Positions 49,451-62,300 of a DNA stretch of 64,000 nt are shown here, piece after piece (position 1 is the first letter of the stretch; each line of letters opens with the position of its first letter). Source of the DNA: Marsupella aquatica (taxonomy: Eukaryota > Plantae > Marchantiophyta); NCBI GenBank assembly GCA_973895155.1, contig OZ316893.1, positions 19,906,857-19,970,856 on the forward strand, given 5' to 3'. A program made the translations under genes and the position numbers. The notes below the pieces were generated by a model, which was given only the letters and a program-made list of their open reading frames with translations, searched no databases and was not told where the DNA came from.

Positions 49451-51367
49451 GCAACGTTGATATTAAGCACAATGGCCCATGCCAATGCTCCATTCCCTGC
49501 TCCATTCACAAGAAAGTGCAAAAGTAGTCATTCCAATCTCACTTGACATTATAACAGGTTCACTTGTTAGTATGTACACCTTTGTTTTGGTTTAGGTATA
49601 GCATTTATGAAAAATAGATACAGGAAATCAGGTGTTTTCAAACTTTTTTGGTCAGTCTAGATCTTCATACACAACCACTGCAAGAAGTCACAAGACAAAT
49701 AATGAGCACAAACACTGTCTTACCTACCTCATCACGGGTCATGCACAATAATATCTATATGGTTAAGTGGCTCTAGTTGTCTAGCAAGATCAGTGACAGA
49801 TCCTTTTGGATGAATTCACTGTTCCTTGCCTAGGTTCTAAAGGCTCTTTGAGTCTAATCAAGATTACTGATAGATTCACGAGGATCTATTCAATCTTGAA
49901 TGTCTTGCCTGGCTTAACCTTGATCTGATAAATGAGCTCTGATGAAAAATCAGGATTTATTAATTCTCTGCACAACAACTGATTGTTAGCAGTATATCTT
50001 GACATACACATCTCCCTAGTGTGAAGATAGACAACTCTCCATGTTAGCAATAACTAAGTAATTTCTAAATCATCTAGTCCATCAATTGGACTCTTTTGAA
50101 CTAGATCTGGGATTTTCATTGTCCCCAAACCCTTGGTCTTTGTCAGGCACTCTTCACTGTTCCTAAGAGGCCTGACAAGTATCAAGTCCAGCTATTTTCA
50201 TACTAGAGGTTTTCTGCTCGACTACTGACGGGCTTGCCTTGTATTTTGTTCTATTTGAGGGTTTCCCCTTTTCTCTAGTGGCTTTTGGTCCCCATTGGCC
50301 ATTGTCATTGAAAAGAAGAAGTACAAGTAGTGTCATGGCCCCTTCCCCCAAAATCTAGGAAAGTAACCACTGGGTTGGTCACACACTACCAAACGAAGTT
50401 CTCAACAAAGGTACATGGCTCCCCTTTCCTTCTCCATGCTACCTCTGAGGTGGAATCTAGTATGTATGTAATCCAAACTGCATAGTTGCCTTTCCTTCTC
50501 CCTCGTACCTCTGAAGTGCAGTAAACAAATACCCAAAACCTACAGCAGGTCCATGACCAATTGGGTTGGTCACACACCATCCTTACATAGCTCCCCTTTT
50601 CGTCTCTGCCTCTAAACAGACTAAACTGGACTGTAGAGTACATACAAAAGCATTTTCCCCCCAAAACCTCCCAGATAAGTCAGTGTTGCACGAGCCTAGC
50701 TTCAGCGAATCGGGGACATCAAGTCCTGTCCAAAAACGCAAATCCAGAGAAGCGGCAGCGGGGCTAAAGGACAGTGTCAAACGGTCAAATTAAGAGGCCC
50801 TTCGCCCCTTCCCAAATCCCAATACAGTAACTGACAGGATTTGAAACCCAGACCACTTCACTTGACTTGACTTGAGTCCAGGACTGTACTGGACTCTTCA
50901 GTAAGCTCCTCTACTTCAGTTTGAAAAAACGAATACTCGCCGGCTCTGTTCTGAGCTCCTATCTCAAACCGCTCTGTACAGGAGAACAACGAATACCTCG
51001 AGCACTCCATAGACGAGGAACACGATCGTGTCCCCTCGAGAAAAAGCAGCAGATCAGATCAGAGCAGAAAAAGCAGTAGAGCAGAGCAGAGCATAGCAGT
51101 GACAGACATAGGCTTTGTGGTCGTCAGAGGACGGGCGCACAATTGTGTGAGACAGGCTGGATCGAAGCTGCGAAGCTCGGGTCGATGATACGGATGCAGC
51201 TGATGCTGAGCGGAGGACACCAGAAACGCAGTAGAACCGCGGTCGTGTTGCAATCTCGAAATATCGGAGTATCGGATCGGCAGGGATGATGAGCGGGAGG
51301 AAATCAGAAATGCAGTAGTACCGGGGTCGTGTTGCGATCTCGACGTATCGGAGTGTCGGACAGGGAG

Positions 51368-51404
51368 CAAGAAGAAGAAGAAGAAGAAGAAGAAGAAGAA
51401 GAAG
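51368..51404. repeat. (GAA)n microsatellite in the probable Msd1-like 5' leader, with neighbouring short duplications
   Basis: caagaagaag... about 11 units; ggacagggagcaagaagaag repeated at 51438; duplicated gcagtagwaccg...gtcgtgttgcratctcga at ~51228 and ~51312. Confidence 0.85.
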
Positions 51405-52146
51405 GTTGTGTTGGAAAGCTCGAAACATTGGAGTTTTGGACAGGGAGCAAGAAGAAGAAGAAGAAGGCCCCTAATTGCTCAGTCTAGTGTTCATTTCGAG
51501 GCACAAAGAAGAGGAAGAAGAAGGCAGATCTGGGCCGAGAGGTCGTGGGATTGTGAAGTGGAACGAGCTTTAGTTCACCTGTCATAGTTTCGTAAGGCGA
51601 CGGGTGGGTGGGTGAAGTGTGGTGTCTACATTGGAGGTCGATTTGCTGCGAGAGCCTCGAGCTGGTAGATCGAAGCTCCTTTCCAATGTCACTGGGTGTG
51701 GTGTCTGCCTCTACCGTTTAAGACGGATTCTGGACTAAGAGGCTATCGGCATTGGGCGGCATTCCTTCGTTAAAGTTTCGTTTGGAGGTCTCTAGACTAG
51801 AATCGGCGGTCTGTTTCAGCTGGAGATTTGGTTTGGCGTCTTGGTGGTGTGATGAGTTCTTCCCAAATTGTCAAGGTGATATCATTCGTGTCTGCTCATC
51901 CAATAGTCGGATCTGCCGGGACGAGATGTGTCAGGAGGCCATGGGACAGGACGATAGCCCTTGCCAAGGCTTTTTGAAATGCAGTAACGGTGGGGGTGAG
52001 TGAGCGGTGAACTGGCATTCTTTCAAAGCGTCAATTGGAAAGTGTGGGCGGAGGGATCGAACTGAGAAAGTAAATCGTACTGCCAGTTCAAGTTGCACGC
52101 ATCGGAGAGCGATTGGATTGGTTTTGACTGAGCAGAGGGAGGTACA

Positions 52147-53346
52147 ATGGGGTACTTCGATTCTGACGACGAGAGCAAGCAGTCAATCGTGTCCTCTCTT
52201 CAACAAGGCGGAGATACATTTGCAGATGTTGACAACTTGGATCAATGTGTTAAATATGTAAGGCAAATGCTGAACACTTACGGCTTCCCTTCGAATCTCG
52301 ACTTATACGCAAATGATCCGGAATCAATCGTGCAAACATGTAACTGTATATACGCTCTCCTCCAGTACCGACAGAGGGACATTGAGTTCCGAAGGTCTGC
52401 AGATGACCAGAGGCAGAGGGCCATGTCTGATATGACGAGGCTTGAAGCCAAGGTCGAACGTCAAGACGCCCAGTTGGCGGCCAAGGAGCGGGAGCTGTCA
52501 TCTCTAACGAGTAAGGTACAAAAGGCAGAAGTTGCATTCAAGGTCCAGCTAGAGAAGTTGCAGCATGAGCGAGATGAGCTCCAGCGGCTTGTGTTGGCAA
52601 CAAAGCAAGTTCAAGTTCAACAGTCCCATGAACTGAAGAAAAAAGAGAAGGAGTACATTAAACTGCAAGAGAAATTGAACCAGGTTTTGACTGAGAAGAA
52701 GAAAGAAACCAAGCCAGGATTAGAAATCATGAACTTGTTGCAGAAAGAGGGTCGGCAACGAGGGACTTGGAATAGCAAGAAGACCGATGGTGATTTTTAC
52801 AAAATGATTGTGGATGCGTATGAAGCAAAGAAACAGGAGCTAATGGCTGAAAATATGGATTTGCGTGCATTGCTTCGGTCAATGCAGTCGGACATGCGTG
52901 ACTTCTTGAATTCACCAAATGCTATTCATAAAACAAATTCCATGAATGGAAGTTTTGAAGCAGAGCAACCGTCGTCTCCTCGACTCGGAGGTACAGATGT
53001 TTTCGATCTTCCATTCCCCATGGCCAGGGATCAAATTGAGCAGAGCTTAAGAGCAAAGATGGCTTCTATCAAGGAACGATTGATGCAAGTACAAGAAACT
53101 CAGAGAGCGTCCAAGCCGGGTACGCCAGCAATAGGCACTGTGAGAGGGCATGAACTAGATTCACAGCTTGTGGAGACTGGAAGTGTCATCAATGAACAAC
53201 CATCGCTCATGAGCCAAAAACTCGCAGAAAATCGAAGATTCTATTCCCTGGCGCCACCGACACCAGAGCTGGGACTTTCAGAAGAAGAGAAATTCTGCAA
53301 TGACTCCAACGGCACTAGGAATGGGAATGGGACTCTGAGAAGCTGA
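52147..53346 (+). CDS. Afadin/alpha-actinin-binding (ADIP/SSX2IP/Msd1-like) coiled-coil protein; intronless CDS
   Basis: 399-aa ORF with plant Msd1-family motifs TFADVDNLDQCVKY, GFPSNLDLYANDP, TCNCIYALLQYRQRDIEFR, EIMNLLQKEGRQRGTW, DFYKMIVDAYE, LRALLRSMQSDMRDFLN, TDVFDLPFPMARDQIEQSLR. Confidence 0.92.
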   Translation: MGYFDSDDESKQSIVSSLQQGGDTFADVDNLDQCVKYVRQMLNTYGFPSNLDLYANDPESIVQTCNCIYALLQYRQRDIEFRRSADDQRQRAMSDMTRLEAKVERQDAQLAAKERELSSLTSKVQKAEVAFKVQLEKLQHERDELQRLVLATKQVQVQQSHELKKKEKEYIKLQEKLNQVLTEKKKETKPGLEIMNLLQKEGRQRGTWNSKKTDGDFYKMIVDAYEAKKQELMAENMDLRALLRSMQSDMRDFLNSPNAIHKTNSMNGSFEAEQPSSPRLGGTDVFDLPFPMARDQIEQSLRAKMASIKERLMQVQETQRASKPGTPAIGTVRGHELDSQLVETGSVINEQPSLMSQKLAENRRFYSLAPPTPELGLSEEEKFCNDSNGTRNGNGTLRS

Positions 53347-55647
53347 TGACGTGCTGCTCGCAGTATTCTCTCTTGGCAGACATATCCACGCAGGTTTACA
53401 AATCTTATTCTGATCTCAAGAGAAGGTCGTCTCTGTATTTGACTAGGTCAATGCTCCACTGGGCAGATGGACAATGGAAAGTCAGTTGTATGCTAGTGAT
53501 TATATTAAAAGAATGGTCTGCAATAGGAGAGTTGCTGCAGACTTTGAAACCGGGCCCGTTGCGTTAAATAGGGCCGATAAAACGTACTGGTTAAAATATT
53601 ACATTCTGGAAGCAAAGAACAAGAAGGAGAGACGATGCAAGTGTCTCAAGATTGATGCATTCGGTCCTTAAAAGTTGTCTCTCGATTTGACCAGTAATAG
53701 ATACATCAACACTCAAGGCATTGCTTGATCATGAGGATAAGTTCGCCATGTTTGCAGAGAAATTGGTCGAGGAATTCGTCACTTATGATGTTTGCAGAGA
53801 AATTGGACGAGGAATTCGTTACTTATGCAATTGGATGACCTTAGCTGCCGCTGGGCCTTGAAGAGGGACTTCCCCTACTTGCAGTTAAATTGGAGGCAGA
53901 CGACGTGATAAAAAAGCTGCTTATTATGCCGCAAGTGGCTCCGGGAAGCTGTGATAAAGTGCTGTAGGCCTATATTTCATCCAGTGCTGTATGGTGCTGA
54001 GTCACTCGAAAAGAGCCCATAGTCCGTTCCCAACATCTGAAACTTAATGGATCCCATTTACCGCAGATCCTTGAGAGTAGAAGCCAACGGCAGCTGTTGA
54101 AAAATTGTTTTTCAACAACTGATGAAAAAACGGATGATCAGGTGAACACGGCTGAGATCTGTCCTTTCTTCGAGAACCAATATTCCAGTGGGGACTTCCA
54201 TTTTTAGTAGGGAGCGAGTCAGTGAATCAATTCTACCTTGAAGTGTGAAGAGAAGTTGATGTTGACTAATCGGTGAAGTCGACAGTGGGGTGAGCTCCAG
54301 CTTTGGGCCAAGGCTCGCTTTCTGAAAGTTGAGAAACTTCGGCTTGCGCCGATATCGGCTGATGTTGATTCTGCTTTCCAGTAAAGATACGTAACTGCTT
54401 TCTCTTCGGAGGAGCTCTTAAGTGAGGTGACCCGGAACCGTGATTACTGATCACAGATATCTGAAGGCCGTGGGCATTGTGGAACAGCCAAGAGTGTTAT
54501 GTTAGAGCATCACCACGGAAGACTGACATGAACATTTGGCACGCCTGTTGCCTGTGGGTATGTACCTAAATGGGTAGCAAGATCTTAAGCCTAGCTAGTC
54601 CGGAACGAATGCCCATTCTGTTTCCCAGCTGAGGGTTGAGAGCAAGCTTTAGTGAGGTCATAATTCCTTGATTTGCCTCTCGATAAATTGACCACATTCT
54701 CAGACAGGCTGCAGGTCAGGTCAACTATCTCCGGCCACGGTCAGTGTGTTCACAGCTTGGAGAGTTTCTGGTCACAACTAGGTGGACTCCTCCTCGTGCT
54801 CCATTGGGACCGTCTCGTGCTCTCGGAGAATTGAAGAATCGTTTGCTCTTCGTCTCTACTTCTCTTTCCTCTTTCCTCTTTTCTCTTTTCTCTTTTCTCT
54901 TTTCTCTTTTCTCTTTGCTTTTTCTTTTGCAGTTTGAAATTAGAGTCCCCTAATTGAAGGTGTATGGCTCATGTGGAGTGCATTGGGCCCATTTAGGCAC
55001 TTTTGTAGGGTGTTCCCTCTCTGACTTGGATACTGCCTGGTTGTCACAATAACTGTATAATGTGCTTGAACTATCTCCACAATGGGTTCTCCTCAGATTG
55101 TAGAAGACGAGTTCACTGTACAGTGTAATTATAAAATGCAATTTTCTACCTCTGCACTTTACTGTATTATATCATGATCCCTAATCATAGTGACTTACAT
55201 CCCAATGAGAACTGCATTCGGGATTGATATTTGTTAGGCTTTGATTGGGCCAACCGCCCACCTGAGGTCCTGTGGGCTCAAAATTTGACTAATATTTTGC
55301 TGGGGAGGAAGAGATGAGATAGAGTTATGTTGCTGAGTGTAGATTCTGAAATGAAGTGGTCTTTAAGTCACTTGAAAGTGTGCTGCCGATGGGTAGAGAA
55401 AGGTGGTCGGCGAATTCGCTCATTAACGTGGCTGTATTGTTCTTCATTAATCATCTGTAAGTGACATAGGTAAGTTTTTGCCGTGGGACACACATTTTGA
55501 TACATCAGTGACTATTACCCGCAAATAGAGATGAGTAGAAAAAACCATGTTGTAGGAAAAAGGAAACCTAACTTCTAGAAAAAAGGATTCCATGCTATTT
55601 TTCTTTTCATCCACATCTTTGTTTTTTGTCCGCACAATCACTTGAAT

Positions 55648-55870
55648 TTTCAGTTATGCCCTCCGTTAGGCACTTAATTTCAGTTATGCCCTCAGTTGGA
55701 CATCTTATTTCAATCATGCCTTGAGTTAGAGTGAGGCACTTAAATTTCAGTTATGCCCTCAATTGGACATCTAATTTCAAATATGTCTTGAGTTAGAGTG
55801 AGGCACTTAAATTTCAGTTATGCCCTAAGTGACTTACCCTCACTAATTGCACATCTGATTTCAATTCTGC
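55648..55870. repeat. Degenerate tandem array (tttcagttatgccctc units)
   Basis: About 5-6 units of ~31 bp with a higher-order ~67-bp duplication. Confidence 0.8.
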
Positions 55871-55952
55871 CCAGGGTCTACACTAGGCTTCACTCTAGAT
55901 AGAGTACACTGAGTAGCCTTTGATTGCGCTTTATTAGTTAGATTCCATTGCT

Positions 55953-56058
55953 CAGGAGTTTCTAATCCATTTGCAAGAAGAACTCTGTAGCATGTGACTT
56001 GAGACAGGAGTCTCTAATCCATTTGCAAGAAGAACTCTGTAGCATGTGACTTGAGACA
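55953..56058. repeat. Near-perfect ~52-bp tandem duplication
   Basis: caggagtytctaatccatttgcaagaagaactctgtagcatgtgacttgaga occurs twice. Confidence 0.9.
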
Positions 56059-57757
56059 ACTATGGAATCTAAAGAATTTTTAACGATGTAATGTCCATCA
56101 TGGCACGTTGGTTCACTTAAGTGTTTGTTTTGCCCCGGCACCTATCTGTAAAGTGGTCCTTGTGGCACTTGCAAAGCACCTTAGAATTGTCTTGCTGGGG
56201 CATTTATGAAAACATGGAAGTTACCATTTTTACTATCTTATCCTCCACACAAGTCTATTCTTATGACTCAAATTGTGAGCCTCCACCTGTCCCAAGACTA
56301 GTTACATGTTGTCTCAAGTTGGTCTAGTCTGGTAAAGCCACCCCCCCCAAAAAACAATTAAAAAAAATTTGAAAATGAAATGGGTGGGCAACCTAATAAT
56401 GAGATTAGTTTTAGGAACGCGTTAATAGTCTTTAGTAGTTTGGGGACAGGAAACTAGAACATGGATTGCAGTCATGGGAATCTGTTCTGAAGCCACCAAG
56501 CGTGCATGCAAGTTGGTTATCATATTTTGTGAGAAGCAGAGGGGTAGTACAAAGATACTACCAAAGGCTAGGGATCCAAGGACAATGGTAGGAATCAGAT
56601 TACACTCTCCAATGTTCACGCTCAACAAGAATCCCTCTCAGCCATCTTGCACATACATGGGCCTTGAAAAGATGATCCAGATTTGCTACAGCGTCATTCA
56701 GGATGTACTTTCTCCTCTCCATGTTCTTAGCATCAATCCCAGGAGGGATAAGTGAATAAAGGACACTACTCTTCCATCCATTTTTAATTAAAATAGTAGG
56801 GACACAAATTAAAGACCTACTAATGCTACAAGTCACCAAGTGAACCATATTTAAATATTCTGCACAGACAAGGGGAACATTTGAAACATGCAAAATGAGC
56901 TGTCACAAATACATCTCATATAGTATTTAGTTGCACGTACTTGCAGAAGGGCGTCCATAGTGCACGGCTGGTTATGAGAAACAATGGGGTGAGGCAAAGT
57001 GGTGAAGAGTCGGCCATTGGTAAATAAAATCTTTTAATAATTGACGATATATAGAAACATAATCTTGGCTACAATATGATTGTCCATAAACTGCATTCAG
57101 TTCATGTCAACTGAAGGGCACAGACCTGAACTAATTTACGCATAAGATATTGCACACTAGATGCGAACACCAGAAAACCAGAAGTACTGATCTAACTATT
57201 ATATAGTGGCAACTCAATAGCTACTCTTCAGGCACCTCTAGTAATGTTATATTAAAAGCAATAGCATCCAGGCTAGTGACGATAACTACTAATCTAGATG
57301 CCCAGTCTCAAGGTCAGTCAGTTACCCCCTAGATAGAAAACCAACCAAGACGAAACTCAGTCGCTAGGATGTCTCCTACAATTAAAGTGCTACCTCGTGT
57401 TCAGCAAGTTTGGCACAGGTTAATTCATTGGCTGTCAATAATTTTATGCTCTTTAGAACTCGCCATTGTCGACAGGTACTAATGATTGTTTGGTACTAGT
57501 GAAATTAATGATTATCTCTCCATTTTCATAGTTCTCAACGCACTGTAAAAGGGTATAGTCGATTCACTAGAAGCTGAGTTCTTGACTGAATGAAGTCGTG
57601 AAGATTGAGAGAAATCAAGTGAAGTTATGGGAGTCGTGGAGATGGAGAGAATCAAGTGAAGTTATGGGAGCTGGAAACTCCCAAGCTGTATACTTCCGTC
57701 TGTGAAAACCCCACGGTCCCGGACCTGCGTATACTGCTGTCCATATATGGGGTCAAT

Positions 57758-59349
57758 TTAAGTTTGCCTTCTCCGTTTGATGAGGCCGTAAGCATCCAAA
57801 CATGTGCCTACCAGAAGACTGGCATAGGCTAGCACACTGACGCTCATGGCCAAGGAGAAACCATGTGCTCGAATCGAGCAAAACTTGAACCAACCGACAA
57901 AAGAACATCCGGGGCATCCACTAGGGACGGTCTTTTCTGCATCAGGATAAGTGAGAAACACCTTCCTCCAACTTTCAAAAATAGGTTCTTGATTGGGCCA
58001 CACATGGTTCCAATCGACAGCATGACTATCCTCAACAAAGATCTTCGTCCCGTTGTTGTTCAGCACGTCGATAATCCATGCAGCAACGAAGGCTAGCACT
58101 AACAACTCGATGGCAGTCTACAGCACAAACGCACCAATAATCAGTACTTAGTTAGAACCGACTGATCGATGGTAATGACTAATCCGTCCAATTCGACAAC
58201 GAAGTCGAGATAGTGAAAAGCGACTCATAAGTATTGAATTCCTGAAACCGGTGCTTGTACTGCACATTTGATTGCAGTGGTTTTCTGCCAGAGTGATTTT
58301 TTGTTGGATTTTCAGTAGTTTTGTACTATAGTGTTTTGATGTTGACTTTCTACTGAAAAATGAGAAGCATATTTTAGAATTTAAGTTGTTTAATCGTTTA
58401 GGTGCAGGAGCAACTCATATGGGCGAATGTATGTGTGCTGAGTCTTCAAGGAGCTACAAGAACCAGGCGAACCCTCAGTCCAGCGTCCCATGCAATCCGC
58501 AGGTCAATAGCCAACAACAAGAGATTGCGATCATGTGCTTCAGGTTCTTTGAATCAAAGATTAGTCTATCAATTGATCAACGAAGGAATTTGTCACATGC
58601 GCCACTTTCATAGGTTATTCTAGAGCTAGCTCGATCTCAAATAAGATGGGAAAGCTTACAATGTGAAGTGCAAAAGCTGACCACCGCATCGAAGTGGGAG
58701 TTTTCTCGGCTACGCCCTTTCTTCCCATCACGAATGTAGCTACAAGGAGCAGGAACGAATACGCACAGACTGCAACATTGACGTACATGAAGAACCTGCA
58801 GAAGATTTGATCAAACCATAGACATTGTGTTAGCAATTTCACATGTATTCGTCTCTTGTATAGGTATCGAATGCAAAGCTATCACTGATCGATAAGGTGC
58901 GATCTGGTCGCTGGCAGAGCTACAATTTTAGGCTGCAACCCTCCGGAGGGGTTGGATTCCACGAGAGCGAAAATCCAGTTTAAAAACAGGAGCACTCACA
59001 TGACTGAGCCAGTGTCTTTGCAGTTGATATATTTATAAGACCACCGTGTTGAACCATTATTATTCCACATCATGAATGCAGAATCCTGTTTTCCAAAGAA
59101 GACTAAACCGACGGCCGCCAAAGAGGAAATCAATGTCAGGACTCTGAGAGCCGTCTTCCATCGCGTGATTAGCCACCCGCTGTCGAGAACCGGGTTGAGG
59201 ACTTTTGTATTGATAACACCAACTGCCGGCTCGGTAGGATTTCGTAGGAGGAAGTACGGATTCTCGATTAATTCATGAACCCCTACAGTTGTATGTCCAC
59301 CTGCAGTCTCTTTTGTACTGAATGCAACTGGGTTTCCGTTGTTATTCAT
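57758..59349 (-). CDS. CASP-like (DUF588/MARVEL) four-TM protein, 3 exons, ~281 aa
   Basis: Exons (-) 59000-59349, 58660-58795, 57758-58117 with GT-AG sites in consistent phase. TM1 ALRVLTLISSLAAVGLV, TM2 FFMYVNVAVCAYSFLLLV, TM3 AIELLVLAFVAAW, W...C...FC loop, then TM4; the 3-exon layout is typical of CASPL genes. Confidence 0.8.
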
Positions 59350-62300
59350 TGCGACCGGCAATCTTGAAGCTACTTTTATAAGTCAGCACAACTTGATCAA
59401 AAAGCCTTCGCCCACACCTAAGAATTAGCGGGCTCTCAAGTGTTTCACTGTAAGCACTTGTTCCTGCACGCGTAGCCCAAGAAACTCAGCTCGTCTTCGA
59501 GGTGTGCTGCTACTAGTGTTTAACCACTTTCCAAGGCTCCAAGCATGCTTGCTCCCTGCTGCTGCCGAGGTGAAAAATACTGGCTGCACAAGATGAGATT
59601 TGTTGAGAGCAATGAAATCAGCTGTGGCGTTGCCTAGAAGTACACCACGCAACAACGACCTCGTTGAATCTGACGATAGGTGCGAAGTTAATTTGGGGGT
59701 CTGTGCGGGCGTGGCGGATATCTCTATCTTCCTTCGAAAGTGTACATTATTTTTAGCTACTTAATTACCTCCAGCTCCTCAGATTGGATTCTTTCAAACA
59801 GTGATTGTGCTCCTCAGATTGACATGATCGATGCAGACTGTCCTGGACAAGTATAGAGTGGAACATAATATTTATTTCATTTTGAAAAAAAAAATCTGAC
59901 TATTATATATAACACTGCCAGAAACACTGGTTTGGAGACAGAATATCAAAGCTAGGCATGAGACCCAAGAAAGGGGTGGGTTTTGGAGGAAACAAGAGAA
60001 AAGACCCCAGGAAGACTAACGAGCCAGCCAAAGAGCCAGAAACCCAAGAGTGCCCCACTAAGGCAAAGGAACTAAAGTATTATTTTTTAAGTGCAAGGAG
60101 CCTGGTTGTGCGCCCAATGTATTCTAAAAAAGCTGTCGCGCAGCAAAAACCAGGGGGGGCAAAGAGAAAGCATGACTATTATAACCAAGGCACGCATCAG
60201 CGAAGCCCCACAGCTTCAAAAACCTCACTGGAGCCAACGAACTCCCAAAACCAGCCTTGGGCCGGGATAGGACCAGGAGCACCCACCTAAACATGGACAA
60301 AAAAAGATGCAACAACCAAAACCTGCCAGCTCACTTGTAAACCAGGAAAGGAAATGATGCCACTACTATTGAACACGTTAGTATCTGATTGCATAGGCTG
60401 GAGGGTAGTCACAAAGAGCAATTTTTATAGGCGAGCCGGCAAGCCCTAAAATCAACAGCCTCAGCCCTTTGATGAATAGTGAATGCCTGAGCCCTCTTGA
60501 GTGCATCTGGGAAGCTTTGGCAACCTTCTCTCCCCTCGTCTACATTTTAATTTCAATAACAAAAGTCCCGACAAAGGCAAGAAAGAAAGTCGGAACCTCT
60601 TGGACTGTAACTGGTTGCCATCCCGAGACTCAAGGCAATTCAGAATTGAAATCTCAAATCTGTGCTAGAAATACTCATTTGTCTAAGATCTCTCATGAGA
60701 GTGCACTGTCAGTGACAATCCACCAAGGAGAGTGACTGATCAATCAACAGTCAATTAGCAGATCTTATTGTGGCTTTATAAGACATCGGGGACCCATTGC
60801 TTCTTTCAATTTTGCTTGGAGATTAACTCTGGGCTGTGTAATGAGTGTAAATCAGAGGTGGAAATGGCTGCAGTTGCTTTACAAGAATCCGGGGCCCATT
60901 AGATATGGTGACTACCAATCCAACATGGTAACTAAGGAGTGGGCCCAAGTAACTGCTGATGTGGAGTTCTTATTTAGAACAATAAGTGGCCGGCACTCCA
61001 GTTTGCTTTGGTGAAAGTCACAAGTGACCCCAAGTCTTGTAGAGCAAACCCTTACCAATAGACTCCTCAGACTACCTCAAGCTCTATATGACTGTGAATC
61101 AGAAACGCTCTCTTAGACATGTTCAGTGTATTGAGAATCTAGAAACAGACTGCATGAAAAAACGAAATTAATAAGTGAACTGAATTAAAGAACTGAGTAC
61201 TTGATGTGGGGCCACAATTGTACTGCTATGTAAGCTCGGAATTCCTTGCTTGAGGCCCTTTCGATCCCCTCTTTTCCTCCCCTTCATTGGGTGGCCTTGC
61301 CTCTGGGATCACGTCTCCCGGTTCGGCGTTTTCTGCCCTTGGGCACTGTGATATATATTGCAGGTTGATCATCAGCAGTAGCCAAAGCCAGGTATACTTT
61401 ATTTGTCTGTTTTTTCACCTGGGATTATATATATTTTTAAGGTCTGGGGCAAGTAGCCACTGTGGCGACTGCCCATTGGCTTGCCTAACAAGAGGTGGCA
61501 ACCTTATGGATCCCTGCCTCAGCAAACTCTCGCCCACCCAACATTTAAATTTCTCTGCCCGTTTTTGGCAAACAGTCGGACCCATCAGTAAGGACTGGGT
61601 GGGGACAAGTCTAGGGTGTCTATCAAAAGATTTGACAAGTACCTAGTTACTTACGGGGTTACTTATCAGAGCCTGGAAGAAGAACAAGTGAGGGAAAATA
61701 AGGCCATGCAAAAGACAGCTAAATTAAATCGGAAATCCCAACGCAGGATTTGGCAAATTTTTGACAATAAAAGAACACGGCCTAGGATGGTAATTAAGCT
61801 GCCTTGGTCACTTTGCAATCTCCGGACGTGACCTCAAATGTGACTTCGATTTCCACATGAGCACTCCAACTGAGACTGTGCCAGCTACAAAACTTACGCC
61901 AAACAATATCTTGTAACAATAGAACACTAGTGGGAATACCCATGCAGATGTACAGGAAGGGCTACATGGACTTCCCATGCCCAGCTTTACTCATAGTAGA
62001 GTCCAAATATAAAAAGTTCTCATTATCAGACAAATTTTCTCTTATCACACAAATTTTTATCAGACAAAATTCTCTTACCATACTTAGCCCATGGCTGTAC
62101 TCCTTACTCTATAGAGAACGTTATTTTCTACTAGATAAAATTCCACCCTGGCTATGGCTTCACTCTGTGGAGTACCAAATGAACGGACTTGGTTTCACTG
62201 TAGGGAGTACTAGGTAAATGGATTTCGATCTCAAATTATAGCATAGATAAATAAATGAAATCCATGCAGCTGGGATTAATACTGTCTTATTGTTTGACTT

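Noticed and set aside
11550-53346. CCDC39 and Msd1/SSX2IP as a ciliary gene cluster
   Set aside because: They are 31 kb apart with unrelated genes and TEs between; no shared regulatory signal is seen, so chance proximity suffices
56420-56900. Possible LINE 3' zinc-finger remnant (NLDHLFKAHVCARW, minus)
   Set aside because: Resemblance is too weak to annotate without a search
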